A stretch of DNA of 64,000 bases from Syntrophales bacterium (lineage in GTDB: Bacteria; Desulfobacterota; Syntrophia; Syntrophales; UBA2210): NCBI GenBank assembly GCA_963662405.2, contig CAXXKT010000001.1, forward strand, positions 2,176,001 to 2,240,000, read 5' to 3'. Shown here in pieces: positions 32,900 to 42,002 of this stretch; position 1 is the first letter of the stretch, and each line of letters opens with the position of its first letter. The notes under the pieces are model-generated. The model saw nothing but the letters and a program-made list of their open reading frames with translations. It ran no database searches and was not told the DNA's origin. Both the position numbers and the translations under genes were made by a program.

Positions 32900-33745
32900 A
32901 TGCAAAAGAGAATATGGAGAGCGGTATTGGTGGTGGCTGTGGCCTTTTTGCTTGTGCCCTCGTTCTGCTTTGCGGGAGCTACGTATGACAAGGTTATGGA
33001 AACGGGTATCGTGAAGGCCGGCTTGATGTACAACAGTATCCCCGCGGCATATTTCAACGACAAAAATGAATGGGTTGGGTTTGACGTTGATATCGCGTCG
33101 GAGGTGATCAAGCGGATCGGCCAGTCCGTGGGGAAAGAACTCAAGATGGAGAAGATCAAGCTGAACAACAAGACGCGGATCTCCTTCCTGACCTCGGGGC
33201 GGATCGACATGAGTACCGCGAATATGACCCATAAGCGCGAACGGGACAAGACCATCGATTTTTCCATTACCTACTTCTTCGACGGGGAAAAGATCCTGGC
33301 GAAAAAGGGCAAGTTTAAGGGCCATCAGGACTTCGTGGGCAAGAAAATCGCCTCCATGCAGGGTACCACCAGCGAGAAGAACGCCATCAATCTTCTGAAA
33401 TCTCTGGGCGACACGGACCCGAAGGTTATCAGCTTCCAGGACGAGCCCTCTTGCTTCCTGGCCCTGCAGCAGGGCAAGGTTGCCGGCTGGGCGACCGACA
33501 GTACGATCCTGATCGGATACGCCGCCAAGGAACCGGGCAAGTATGAACTGGTCGGCGACTTCTTCAGCGACGAGCCGTACGGTATCGGACTCCCCGAGAA
33601 CGACAGCGACTGGCGTGACGCCGTCAACTTCGCGATCCAGGATATGTGGAAGGACGGGACCTATATGAAGATATACAACAAGTGGTATGGTGCCGATACC
33701 CCCTACTACTTCCCGATGACCGAGAAGATCGAGATGTGGCCCTAA
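32900..33745 (+). CDS. Polar amino-acid ABC transporter substrate-binding protein
   Basis: Signal peptide; GFDVD, IDFS, EPYGIG. Confidence 0.9.
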   Translation: MQKRIWRAVLVVAVAFLLVPSFCFAGATYDKVMETGIVKAGLMYNSIPAAYFNDKNEWVGFDVDIASEVIKRIGQSVGKELKMEKIKLNNKTRISFLTSGRIDMSTANMTHKRERDKTIDFSITYFFDGEKILAKKGKFKGHQDFVGKKIASMQGTTSEKNAINLLKSLGDTDPKVISFQDEPSCFLALQQGKVAGWATDSTILIGYAAKEPGKYELVGDFFSDEPYGIGLPENDSDWRDAVNFAIQDMWKDGTYMKIYNKWYGADTPYYFPMTEKIEMWP

Positions 33746-33834
33746 GGCATGATGATTTGAACAACAGGAACTGCGGCCCGGGTGAGATCAGCCCGGCCGC
33801 AGTTTTTGTGCGATGACCCTGGTAGAAAGCGGAT

Positions 33835-35640
33835 ATGATAATGACTGAATCGTGGAAACGTCCGGCGCAGCAGTTTGGGGTGGTGGCCGGACTTGCCCTC
33901 GTCATATACCTCTTCTTTGCGCACGTCGACTTCGGGTACCAGTTCCACTGGGCCGTCCTCTGGGAACTCAACCCCACGTACGAGGAGGTCTTTGGTATCT
34001 GGCTGTTGCGTGGCCTCCTGCTGACGATAGAGATCACCCTGATCAGCACCGTTGTATCCCTTCTGCTGGGGACCTTTTTCGGGATTGCCCGTCTTTCTTC
34101 GTTTAAACCGCTTTACTGGTTTGCCACGGTCTACGTGGAATTTTTTCGCAACACGCCGCTCCTGGTGCAGCTCTTCTTCTGGTACTTCGCGTTTCCCCTG
34201 GGATTGCCGGACGCGTTCCGCGAATTCCTGTACGACCACAACTACGAGCTGATAGCCGCCACCGGTGGCCTCAGCATCTATACCGCCGCCTTCATCGCGG
34301 AGATCGTCCGGGCGGGGATTCAGGCCATCCCGAAGGGACACCTGGAGGCCGCCGCGGCGTCCGGTCTGAGCCGGATCCAGGCCCTGCGCTTTGTCATCCT
34401 CCCCCAGGCCTTCCGTATCATCATGCCCCCCCTGGGGAGTGAGCTCTTGAACAACATGAAGAACTCCTCGCTTGCCATGACTATCGGCGTGGCGGACCTC
34501 TGCTGGCAGGCGCAACAGATCGAGTCCTTCACCTTCCGGGGATTCGAGGCGACCACGGCGGCGACGGTGATCTACCTCTCGCTCTCACTCATCATCAGCA
34601 TGCTGATGAACAGCGTCAATCATCACCTGGAGATCGGAAAGAAAAAGGACCTGGGTCTCCTGGACCGCGTGCTGGGTGCCGCCGTACAGCCGTTCTTCCT
34701 GCTGGTGAGGCTGTCTGTCACCGGCCTGCAGGGGGCGTGGAAGATCCTGGCGCCGGAGAGGAAAAAGCCTCTGGAGGTTGAGGCCACCTATATGTCCACG
34801 GGGACCGCGTGGCTGGAGCGTCTGATACGTATTTTCTCTGTGACGGGCAAAGGCCTGTTCCTCCTGATCCTGCTGGGTATTCTCGTCGCGGTCGGGTACG
34901 GACTGTACGGTTTCAACTGGGACGTCATATTCGGTAACTTCCGCGCGCTTCTGATCTGGACCTTCCCCAACGGATTGGGGGGCGAGATATTCTACGGTCT
35001 TGGCGGTCTGAGCCTCAGCATCGTTCTGGCCTTCATCGGCCTGACGGCCAGTTTTGCCATCGGCCTCGCGGCAGGGTTGGGGCGCCTGAGCAAAAACTCC
35101 CTGATCAGTACCCCGAGCATCCTATACATCGAACTGATACGCGGAAACCCGCTCATCATGGTGATCTTCTGGGTCTATTTCTTCTCTCCCATTATCACCG
35201 GGATGCAGATGGATGTCTTCTGGAGCGCCACGATCGCCTTCACCATCTTCTCCGGTGCTTACCTGGCGGAGATCGTGCGGGCCGGTGTGAAGGCCATCCC
35301 GCCGGGACAGATGGAGGCGGCGATGGCCTCCGGCCTGAACTACTTCAAGGCGATGCGCTTCGTCATCCTCCCGCAGGCCCTCAAGATGATGATCCCCGCC
35401 ATCGTGGGGCAGTTCATCGCCCTCTTCAAGGACACCTCGCTGGCGTATATCATCGGGGTCTTCGAGCTGACCACCGTGGCCCAGACCGTCAACAACCGAC
35501 TCATGATCTATCCCTTCGAGATCTACACGGCGATTGCTGTTCTCTACTTCATCTGCTGTTACAGCATGAGCATGTTTGCCCGCAGTCTCGAACGCAAGTA
35601 TACCCCCGAGGCCCGCATCGAGATGCCGGCCATGGCGTAG
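33835..35640 (+). CDS. Fused double amino-acid ABC permease
   Basis: Two permease modules (FRNTPLLVQ...AEIVRAGI and IRGNPL...AEIVRAGV). Confidence 0.88.
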   Translation: MIMTESWKRPAQQFGVVAGLALVIYLFFAHVDFGYQFHWAVLWELNPTYEEVFGIWLLRGLLLTIEITLISTVVSLLLGTFFGIARLSSFKPLYWFATVYVEFFRNTPLLVQLFFWYFAFPLGLPDAFREFLYDHNYELIAATGGLSIYTAAFIAEIVRAGIQAIPKGHLEAAAASGLSRIQALRFVILPQAFRIIMPPLGSELLNNMKNSSLAMTIGVADLCWQAQQIESFTFRGFEATTAATVIYLSLSLIISMLMNSVNHHLEIGKKKDLGLLDRVLGAAVQPFFLLVRLSVTGLQGAWKILAPERKKPLEVEATYMSTGTAWLERLIRIFSVTGKGLFLLILLGILVAVGYGLYGFNWDVIFGNFRALLIWTFPNGLGGEIFYGLGGLSLSIVLAFIGLTASFAIGLAAGLGRLSKNSLISTPSILYIELIRGNPLIMVIFWVYFFSPIITGMQMDVFWSATIAFTIFSGAYLAEIVRAGVKAIPPGQMEAAMASGLNYFKAMRFVILPQALKMMIPAIVGQFIALFKDTSLAYIIGVFELTTVAQTVNNRLMIYPFEIYTAIAVLYFICCYSMSMFARSLERKYTPEARIEMPAMA

Positions 35641-35684
35641 GAAGAGGGGGACTGCTTCCCCCCGTTCATTTTTCATGAAAAACC

Positions 35685-35831
35685 TTGACAAATTTTAAAA
35701 CATCTGTAGTATCCGAGCGTTATATTCTTTCAAACATCATCCGTAACCGGGTTGTGCTTTTTACAGAAAAAAAGAGGGCCCCTATGAACTAACGCAAAAC
35801 CCCCGCTTCACCTACCGAGGCGGGGTTTTTT
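35685..35831 (+). ncRNA. Candidate small transcript or leader upstream of intI
   Basis: TTGACA-16-TAGTAT promoter, then terminator CCCCGCTTC...GAGGCGGGG-T6; no substantial ORF. Confidence 0.3.
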
Positions 35832-35905
35832 CGTTTAATCACTTCCGACGCACGGGATTACCTCCTTAATGTTTTTCCCGTGAATTGAAACGTAAGGAAG
35901 TGAAA

Positions 35906-36937
35906 ATGGGAACAACCATAAAACAAGGCACAGGTTTCAGGAATTTCAAATCCGGACGATTTGCTGGCGAATCCGGTACGCAGCCGAAACTACTCGATCG
36001 CCTGCGTCTTGCCATGCGCTCGCGGCATTACAGCAGACGAACGGAGCAGACTTACAGCTATTGGGTTAAGAAGTACATATATTTCCATAATGTGAGACAT
36101 CCCGATGAGATGGGGGAGAAAGAGATCAATGCGTTTCTGACCCACCTGGCGGTAGAGGAAAGGGTGAATGCTTCCACACAGAATCAGGCCCTGTGCGCGC
36201 TTCTGTTCCTTTATCGTCACGTTATTGGCCGCGAGATTGGCGATCTCGGTGATGTCATTCGGGCGAAAAAACCGGTTCGCCTGCCCGTTGTCATGACACG
36301 CGATGAAGTAAAAGCGGTGTTGGAAAACCTGACGGGAGACAAATGGTTGATAGTATGTCTCATGTACGGTGCGGGGCTGAGATTGATGGAATGTCTTCGT
36401 CTGAGGGTGCAGGATATTGATTTTCATTCAAACCAAATTACGGTCCGTGATGGCAAAGGAAATAAAGATCGTGTTACGATGTTTCCAGCTTCGGTGAAAA
36501 AGCCTCTTGCCGAACACCTGAACAACATTAAAACAGTTCATGATTCAGATATTGCCAATGGTTTTGGCCGAGTTGTGATGCCCGATGCCCTAGCCCGTAA
36601 ATACCCGAATGCGTCGAAAGAATGGCGTTGGCAGTGGCTATTCCCTCAAGGCAATTTATGGCACAACCAGCAAACCGGAGAACGAGGCCGACATCATATT
36701 CATGAATCTATTGTTCAAAAAACAGTAAAAGATGCCGTTACAAAAGCAGGGCTGGTGAAAAGGGCGACATGCCATACGTTCAGACACTCATTTGCTACGC
36801 ACCTGCTTGAAGACGGTTATGATATACGGACGGTTCAGGAACTTCTTGGACACAAGGATTTGAAAACAACGATGATCTATACCCATGTGCTCAATAAAGG
36901 GCTCGCAGCGGTCAGAAGCCCTGCCGACAACCTTTAG
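35906..36937 (+). CDS. intI: Integron integrase
   Basis: [28 protein letters not shown], integron-specific ALARKYP insert, [10 protein letters not shown]...LGH...TMIYTH. Confidence 0.97.
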   Translation: MGTTIKQGTGFRNFKSGRFAGESGTQPKLLDRLRLAMRSRHYSRRTEQTYSYWVKKYIYFHNVRHPDEMGEKEINAFLTHLAVEERVNASTQNQALCALLFLYRHVIGREIGDLGDVIRAKKPVRLPVVMTRDEVKAVLENLTGDKWLIVCLMYGAGLRLMECLRLRVQDIDFHSNQITVRDGKGNKDRVTMFPASVKKPLAEHLNNIKTVHDSDIANGFGRVVMPDALARKYPNASKEWRWQWLFPQGNLWHNQQTGERGRHHIHESIVQKTVKDAVTKAGLVKRATCHTFRHSFATHLLEDGYDIRTVQELLGHKDLKTTMIYTHVLNKGLAAVRSPADNL

Positions 36938-37037
36938 TATACCGGTTGGGATATTATATAGAGAGCTGGTCGGGCAAATTTGGACAGGTGCATAAGTGGG
37001 AAAGTTGCTCTATAGTGGACGTAAGGAGGAAAGAGAT

Positions 37038-37340
37038 ATGAGCAAGAGACCGCGGAGGAACCATGCACCGTCCTTCAAGGCGAAGGTGGCATTGGAGGCA
37101 CTGAAAGGGGACCAGACGATCGTTGAGCTTGCCGAGCGGTATCAGGTACACCCGAACCAGATCACCACATGGAAGAAGCAGTTGATGGATCACGCATCGG
37201 ACGTATTTGGCAAGGGTCATAAGGACAACCAGGGTCCGGATGTAAAAGAACTTCACGCCAAGATCGGACAGTTATCGATGGAGAATGATTTTTTATCACA
37301 TGCGCTCGGTCGCATCAACGGAACGAGCGCAAAGCGATGA
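37038..37340 (+). CDS. IS3 transposase OrfA (HTH)
   Basis: FKAKVALEA...VHPNQI..WK; T-run near the end is a possible frameshift site. Confidence 0.9.
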   Translation: MSKRPRRNHAPSFKAKVALEALKGDQTIVELAERYQVHPNQITTWKKQLMDHASDVFGKGHKDNQGPDVKELHAKIGQLSMENDFLSHALGRINGTSAKR

Positions 37341-38167
37341 TCAAGAGAGAAAAGAGTGTGCCCATAACCCGTCAATGCGAACTCTTGGAGCTGTCCCGAT
37401 CGAGTGTTTATTACTCTCCGGTTCCGGTCAGCGCGAAGGATCTGGAGCTGATGCGTCAGATTGATGAGATTCATCTTCAGTATCCCTTCTATGGGAGTCG
37501 GAAGATTCGCAATGAGCTGTGGCAGAGAGGGTATGATATCGGACGTGATAAGGTACGTCGGTTGATGCGTCGCATGGGGATCGAGGCGTTGTACATCAAG
37601 CCGAGATTATCGATAAAGCATCCCCAGCACCCGATATATCCGTATCTGTTACGGGGACTTGATATCATCCGTCCCAACCACGTATGGTCTGCCGATATCA
37701 CGTATATTCCCATGGAACGAGGGTTCTGTTATCTGGTAGCCGTTATGGACTGGGCGAGTCGGATGGTCCTCTCCTGGCGGTTGTCGAATACGTTGGACAG
37801 TGCGTTTTGTGTGGATGCGCTTGAAGAAGCACTCACCACGTATGGGCGCCCGGCTATCTTCAATACCGATCAGGGCAGTCAGTTTACCTCACAGGCATTC
37901 ATCGATGTCCTTCGCTCTCATGATATCTCTATCAGCATGGACGGTCAGGGGCGATGGATGGACAATGTCTTCATCGAACGGCTCTGGAAGAGCGTCAAGT
38001 ACGAAGATATCTATCTGAAGGCATACGGTTCAATGAAAGAGTTGAAGAAGGGGCTTACCGACTATTTTCAGTTCTACAACGAGAAACGGTGGCACAATAC
38101 TTTTGACAGAAAGACACCGGCTATGGTTTATTTTGAATCACTACCACAGGGACAGGCTGCGGCATGA
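37337..38167 (+). CDS. IS3 transposase OrfB (DDE)
   Basis: WSADITY, NTDQGSQF, DNVFIERLW. Confidence 0.92.
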   Translation: MIKREKSVPITRQCELLELSRSSVYYSPVPVSAKDLELMRQIDEIHLQYPFYGSRKIRNELWQRGYDIGRDKVRRLMRRMGIEALYIKPRLSIKHPQHPIYPYLLRGLDIIRPNHVWSADITYIPMERGFCYLVAVMDWASRMVLSWRLSNTLDSAFCVDALEEALTTYGRPAIFNTDQGSQFTSQAFIDVLRSHDISISMDGQGRWMDNVFIERLWKSVKYEDIYLKAYGSMKELKKGLTDYFQFYNEKRWHNTFDRKTPAMVYFESLPQGQAAA

Positions 38168-38286
38168 ACACAAACCCAGGGCAACTTCCCACTTATAAAT
38201 CCCTGTTACCTGTCCAAAGAAACCGGACCACCTCTTAGATCTGCATAACATCCCAACCGAGTGAAAGAAAAATGGGATGATAACGA

Positions 38287-38314
38287 TTGAATGTTCAGTG
38301 ACTATGTCTAAAAT
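38287..38314 (+). promoter_or_regulatory. Candidate cassette promoter Pc
   Basis: TTGAAT-16-TAAAAT about 77 bp upstream of the attI crossover. Confidence 0.4.
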
Positions 38315-38366
38315 GTAAGCTGTTTTCGAGGGGTGTTATGCCGCACTTTTTGCGGTGTTTGCGATA

Positions 38367-38397
38367 TTATACGAGATCCGTATAAACATTGTTCAGG
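38367..38397 (+). other. attI core site
   Basis: TTATACG-AGATC-CGTATAA, 5-bp spacer ACATT, then G|TT (38391); first cassette junction with no upstream attC. Confidence 0.7.
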
Positions 38398-38533
38398 GGG
38401 CGCTCCACGATAAGACCGCTCCACACCCCCTGAACATGCGGCGGCTGCCCTGAGCTGGTTCGCTCGGCGCGCAGCGCCTCCCGAACCAGCGGATGGACTT
38501 GTCCCCTGCGGGGCAGGTCATCCGCCGCATGTT
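38391..38533 (+). repeat. 140-bp gene-less mini-cassette, copy 1 (at attI)
   Basis: GTTCAGGGGG...CCCCCTGAACATGCGGCGG...CCGCCGCATG|TT. Confidence 0.95.
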
Positions 38534-38563
38534 GTGTGCCATATTAATATTTTGGAGTTTACT

Positions 38564-39562
38564 GTGGGGCAATTAGAAAATTATTCAGATTTACAAGAAA
38601 AAAATAAGCAATTTTCTCGTAAACAGGAATTTTCAATCATTGATACTATAGAAGAATTTGATAAGTGGTATAAAACTCTTAAGGAGAGTTCTTCGAAAGT
38701 ATCTTCAAAATCAAAAATCTCATCGGTAAATACAAATAAAATGTACAGAGGGATGAGTGAGTCAAAATACAAATTACTTACTTCTTCTCAAAGATTTTGG
38801 ATTTTAAATGAACTGGAACAATGGTGGCGACCCAAAAGATATTTAGAATTTATAGAAACTTTCGTTGATAACGCACGGAAAAAGTTATTATTCAATAAAG
38901 TGTTCGAATACTACAAACTGAAGCCCAACCAAAGAGATTTCCCAATATTAAGTATACTTCAGCATTATGGTGCACCGACTCCACTAATGGATTGGAGTTA
39001 TAATGTAGATGTAGCTCTGTATTTTGCCACTGAAGGGGTAAAGCCTTCTTCATCCAAAGATATAGAACTTTATTTTTCGATTTACGAAATAGATAAAAAC
39101 AAACAAATTAAGAATGAATTTAACAACTTATTAAATTGGCATAAGGGCAGCTTTCCAAAAATAAGTTCATTTTTTGGTTGGGAAGATAATCAAAATTCAA
39201 TTTTTTATATATCAGATTTTGAGGACAAACCTGAAAATCCACGGAGCTTTGTTGATGAAAGACCTATAACGACCTTCTATAATCAGAATATTATACCTCA
39301 AGAAGGGCTTTTTATTTTCAACCCTTTTCCTAAGAAGCCTTTAGAGAATTGTTTTAATACTGATCATGACGCAGATGGAAATAACTTGGATTTAATACCT
39401 TTTAGTTGTTTTAATATTAATAAAGACTTATCTGAATATATAAGACGAAAAATTAAACTCAAAGGTATTGATAACGCATTTATTTATCCTGATTTGAGAG
39501 TTTATTGTAATGGATTGATCGAAGAATTTTTAGACCAAGCAGCCGAGGCACACAACAAATAA
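38564..39562 (+). CDS. Cassette 1: FRG-domain protein
   Basis: YRG...LQHYGAPTPLMDWS...ALYFA; AT-rich; GTG start after GGAG. Confidence 0.85.
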   Translation: MGQLENYSDLQEKNKQFSRKQEFSIIDTIEEFDKWYKTLKESSSKVSSKSKISSVNTNKMYRGMSESKYKLLTSSQRFWILNELEQWWRPKRYLEFIETFVDNARKKLLFNKVFEYYKLKPNQRDFPILSILQHYGAPTPLMDWSYNVDVALYFATEGVKPSSSKDIELYFSIYEIDKNKQIKNEFNNLLNWHKGSFPKISSFFGWEDNQNSIFYISDFEDKPENPRSFVDERPITTFYNQNIIPQEGLFIFNPFPKKPLENCFNTDHDADGNNLDLIPFSCFNINKDLSEYIRRKIKLKGIDNAFIYPDLRVYCNGLIEEFLDQAAEAHNK

Positions 39563-39607
39563 ATGCAGGGGACGCAAAAAGCCGCGCCCCTGATTTTAGC
39601 GTTCGAT
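39550..39607 (+). other. attC 1
   Basis: ACACAAC-5-AATGCAGG...CCTGATT-5-GTTCGAT; R'' complements the cassette start GTTGTGT. Confidence 0.9.
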
Positions 39608-39631
39608 GTATGATGATTATGGGGGCTGATC

Positions 39632-40393
39632 ATGGGTTTTGACAAATCCGAAATAGCACAACTTCTTGCAGATTGTGGCCGAAGGTGTTGCATCTGCGGC
39701 AGATTGCACAAAGTCCAGGTTCATCACATTGTCCCGGGCGATGATGATATAAGCAATGGTATTCCTCTTTGCCCAAATTGTCATGATGAGGCCCACACTG
39801 AGTACTCTACAGGTAGAACAACTCGAACATATACGCATGAAGAATTGAAGCTTCATCGCAAGAGAACAATTGAACAAGTGAAGCGAGAAGCAAAGTGGAA
39901 ACCAGGTGGTGCTGATTGGCGCAAAGACAAAAAGTTGGTAGCGTTTTTCGCACAATGTTTAGATCGACCTGCTTTCCGTACATACTTCCATCAGGAACTT
40001 AGTTTTTCTGCGTTCGATCAAGCAATGGAAGACACTATTGTAGCCCTAAACACGGGATATTGGAAAATGAGGGATGGCACTTTGATTAAAAGAGCAGAAG
40101 GAAAAGCTTGTGTCGTCAATCCATTGTGGCGTGGAAAGCTTGAACAAATTACTAATCTCATCGAAGATGTTCGGCGAAAGTTTGCAGACCTATTTGGATT
40201 TAACGAAATGCTTTTCCATTTGCGTGGGCCACGCCATTTACACAATCAAGAGTTGGAAGCTTATATGGAAGGTTTTCGAGGAAATAGAGACCTTGGTCAA
40301 TGGATGGATAAGAAACGTCAGGAAGCAATTGACGTCATGAACTCGATTCTTGAAGAGGTAGGAATGCAACCTCTCCGAGGGCTTCGAGAGTAA
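39632..40393 (+). CDS. Cassette 2: HNH endonuclease-domain protein
   Basis: N-terminal CCIC...HHIV...N..PLCPNCH. Confidence 0.8.
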   Translation: MGFDKSEIAQLLADCGRRCCICGRLHKVQVHHIVPGDDDISNGIPLCPNCHDEAHTEYSTGRTTRTYTHEELKLHRKRTIEQVKREAKWKPGGADWRKDKKLVAFFAQCLDRPAFRTYFHQELSFSAFDQAMEDTIVALNTGYWKMRDGTLIKRAEGKACVVNPLWRGKLEQITNLIEDVRRKFADLFGFNEMLFHLRGPRHLHNQELEAYMEGFRGNRDLGQWMDKKRQEAIDVMNSILEEVGMQPLRGLRE

Positions 40394-40398
40394 AAAAC

Positions 40399-40455
40399 AT
40401 CGAACAAATTAATCCAGCGGACGGCTTACAGCCGCCGCTGATCATTGCGTTCAGG
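40399..40455 (+). other. attC 2
   Basis: ATCGAAC...AATCCAGCGG...CCGCTGAT...GTTCAGG. Confidence 0.9.
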
Positions 40456-40591
40456 GGGCGCTCCGCGATAAGACCGCTCCACACCCCCTGAACATGCGGC
40501 GGCTGCCCTGAGCTGGTTCGCTCGGCGCGCAGCGCCTCCCGAACCAGCGGATGGACTTGTCCCCTGCGGGGGAGGTCATCCGCCGCATGTT
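40449..40591 (+). repeat. 140-bp gene-less mini-cassette, copy 2
   Basis: One difference from copy 3. Confidence 0.95.
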
Positions 40592-40629
40592 CGGCTACAA
40601 AAAGGAGGAATGATAAAAAGTCTTCATGA

Positions 40630-40800
40630 GCTGTGAATTGGGATACACTGTTTGAAACTTTATAGTTTTGGGCAGCAAGGCTACTGTTCGACATGTTTAC
40701 TGGTCTTCGAGACCGCAAAGGAGAATGAAGAGCTGTAGCCGCAACATTCAATGATCTTCGAGATCGAATAGGAGATTGGGACCAATTCACCTGACAGGCG
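40630..40800 (+). ncRNA. Candidate IS110 bridge/guide RNA
   Basis: Two parallel hairpin-containing loops carrying AAAGGAG (target-like) and CATTC/ATAGGAG (donor-junction match). Confidence 0.6.
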
Positions 40801-40826
40801 CTGTCCAAGATGTGAGGAGGCGTTCT

Positions 40827-41939
40827 ATGAAGATGAGTATCGGGGTTGACCTTCACAAGACGCAGTTTACCGTTTGTTGTTTGAGTGAAGATCGGAGTGT
40901 TCAGGAGTCGGGCATCTACCCGACGACTGATCGAGGTTACCGGGCATTTATCATGAAGGTGTCCAACTGGAATGAGGGCGGTTACGAGGTCACGGCAGCG
41001 GTGGAATCAACAGGGAACACCCGACACTTTCGCAACCGGTTTTTGAAGGCGGGGATTGAGGTCAAGATAGTGAACACCTTGAAATTCAAGGTTGTAAATG
41101 AGTCAGTAAAAAAGACTGACAAGCATGATTCCCGCACATTGGCTGAGTTTCTTGAGAAAGATATGCTTCCCGAGTCCATTCTTTGTTCGCAGGAAAGCGA
41201 GGACATTCGAAGGCTTCTCAAGTCACGTTCTGTTCTGGTGAAAGCTTTGGTATCCTTGAAAAACCAGATACACGGTTTATTGCTTGGATATGGGATAGAG
41301 AGTCGGCGGGGACAGCTGCAGAGCAAAAAAGAAAGGCAGCGAATCCTTGACGGTCTCGCGGACCATAGGAGTTACGGAAACGCTGCCCGAGCGGTAAAAC
41401 CGCTTCTTGGTACAATAGACCAAATTGCATCCGAGGTCAAAGGACTTGAGCGCGTATTATCTGATCTTGTTTCTGAAGACGAGGATGTTGCTCTGTTGCA
41501 AACGATTCCTGGCGTTGGAATAATAACAGCAGCGACGATTCGGGCTTATACCGATGACATCAACCGATATGAGAGCGCCAAGCAGTATGCTGCTCATGCC
41601 GGTTTGGTACCATGGGTTCAAAACTCCAACAAGACCATTCGCCATGGTCATATTACCAAGCGAGGCCCCGTGGAACTGAGGACGGCTTTTGTGCAAATGG
41701 TAATGGGGATGCTACGGCTTCGGAATAAAACCGATGGATATTGGCTTATGTACAAATACAAAGCCATGAAAGAGAACAAGGGAACCGGGAAGAGCGTAAT
41801 AGCGACGGCGCGAAAGATGAGCACTATTGTATATGCCATCTTGAAGAAGGGGGAGCCGTTTGATCCATCGAAAATGCTGCCAGACCCGAAATATGTAGAG
41901 ATGAGTAAGGTTGCGAGGTGTTATGCTTTGGCCGTTTAA
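40827..41939 (+). CDS. IS110-family DEDD recombinase/transposase
   Basis: IGVDLHK, VESTG, KTDKHDS, TIPGVG, GLVP...NSN, ARK. Confidence 0.93.
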   Translation: MKMSIGVDLHKTQFTVCCLSEDRSVQESGIYPTTDRGYRAFIMKVSNWNEGGYEVTAAVESTGNTRHFRNRFLKAGIEVKIVNTLKFKVVNESVKKTDKHDSRTLAEFLEKDMLPESILCSQESEDIRRLLKSRSVLVKALVSLKNQIHGLLLGYGIESRRGQLQSKKERQRILDGLADHRSYGNAARAVKPLLGTIDQIASEVKGLERVLSDLVSEDEDVALLQTIPGVGIITAATIRAYTDDINRYESAKQYAAHAGLVPWVQNSNKTIRHGHITKRGPVELRTAFVQMVMGMLRLRNKTDGYWLMYKYKAMKENKGTGKSVIATARKMSTIVYAILKKGEPFDPSKMLPDPKYVEMSKVARCYALAV

Positions 41940-42002
41940 ATTTTAACCATGGGCCTGTTTGACAGGCTCTCCATGAATTGACTTTTTATAGGAGTTAAAA
42001 AT

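Larger units (their letters stand above)
36962..38235 (+). mobile_element. IS3-family insertion sequence between intI and attI
   Basis: Imperfect ~29-bp terminal IRs (AGAG(C/G)TGGTC...TTTGGACAGGT); 3-bp TSD TAG (36959-61 and 38236-38); orfA/orfB. Confidence 0.9.
40608..41994 (+). mobile_element. IS110-family element inserted in the RBS of cassette 3
   Basis: Subterminal IRs ATAAAAAGTC (40613) and GACTTTTTAT (41980); AGGAG core at both ends (40603 and 41990). Confidence 0.88.

Noticed and set aside
38391..38533. Mini-cassette as a sigma70 promoter cassette
   Set aside because: TGGACT/TTGACT is present but there is no -10 at proper spacing; very GC-rich. Not excluded experimentally
40776..40826. 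Extended IS110 transposase start
   Set aside because: Lies in the structured non-coding end; GAGGAGG supports ATG 40827
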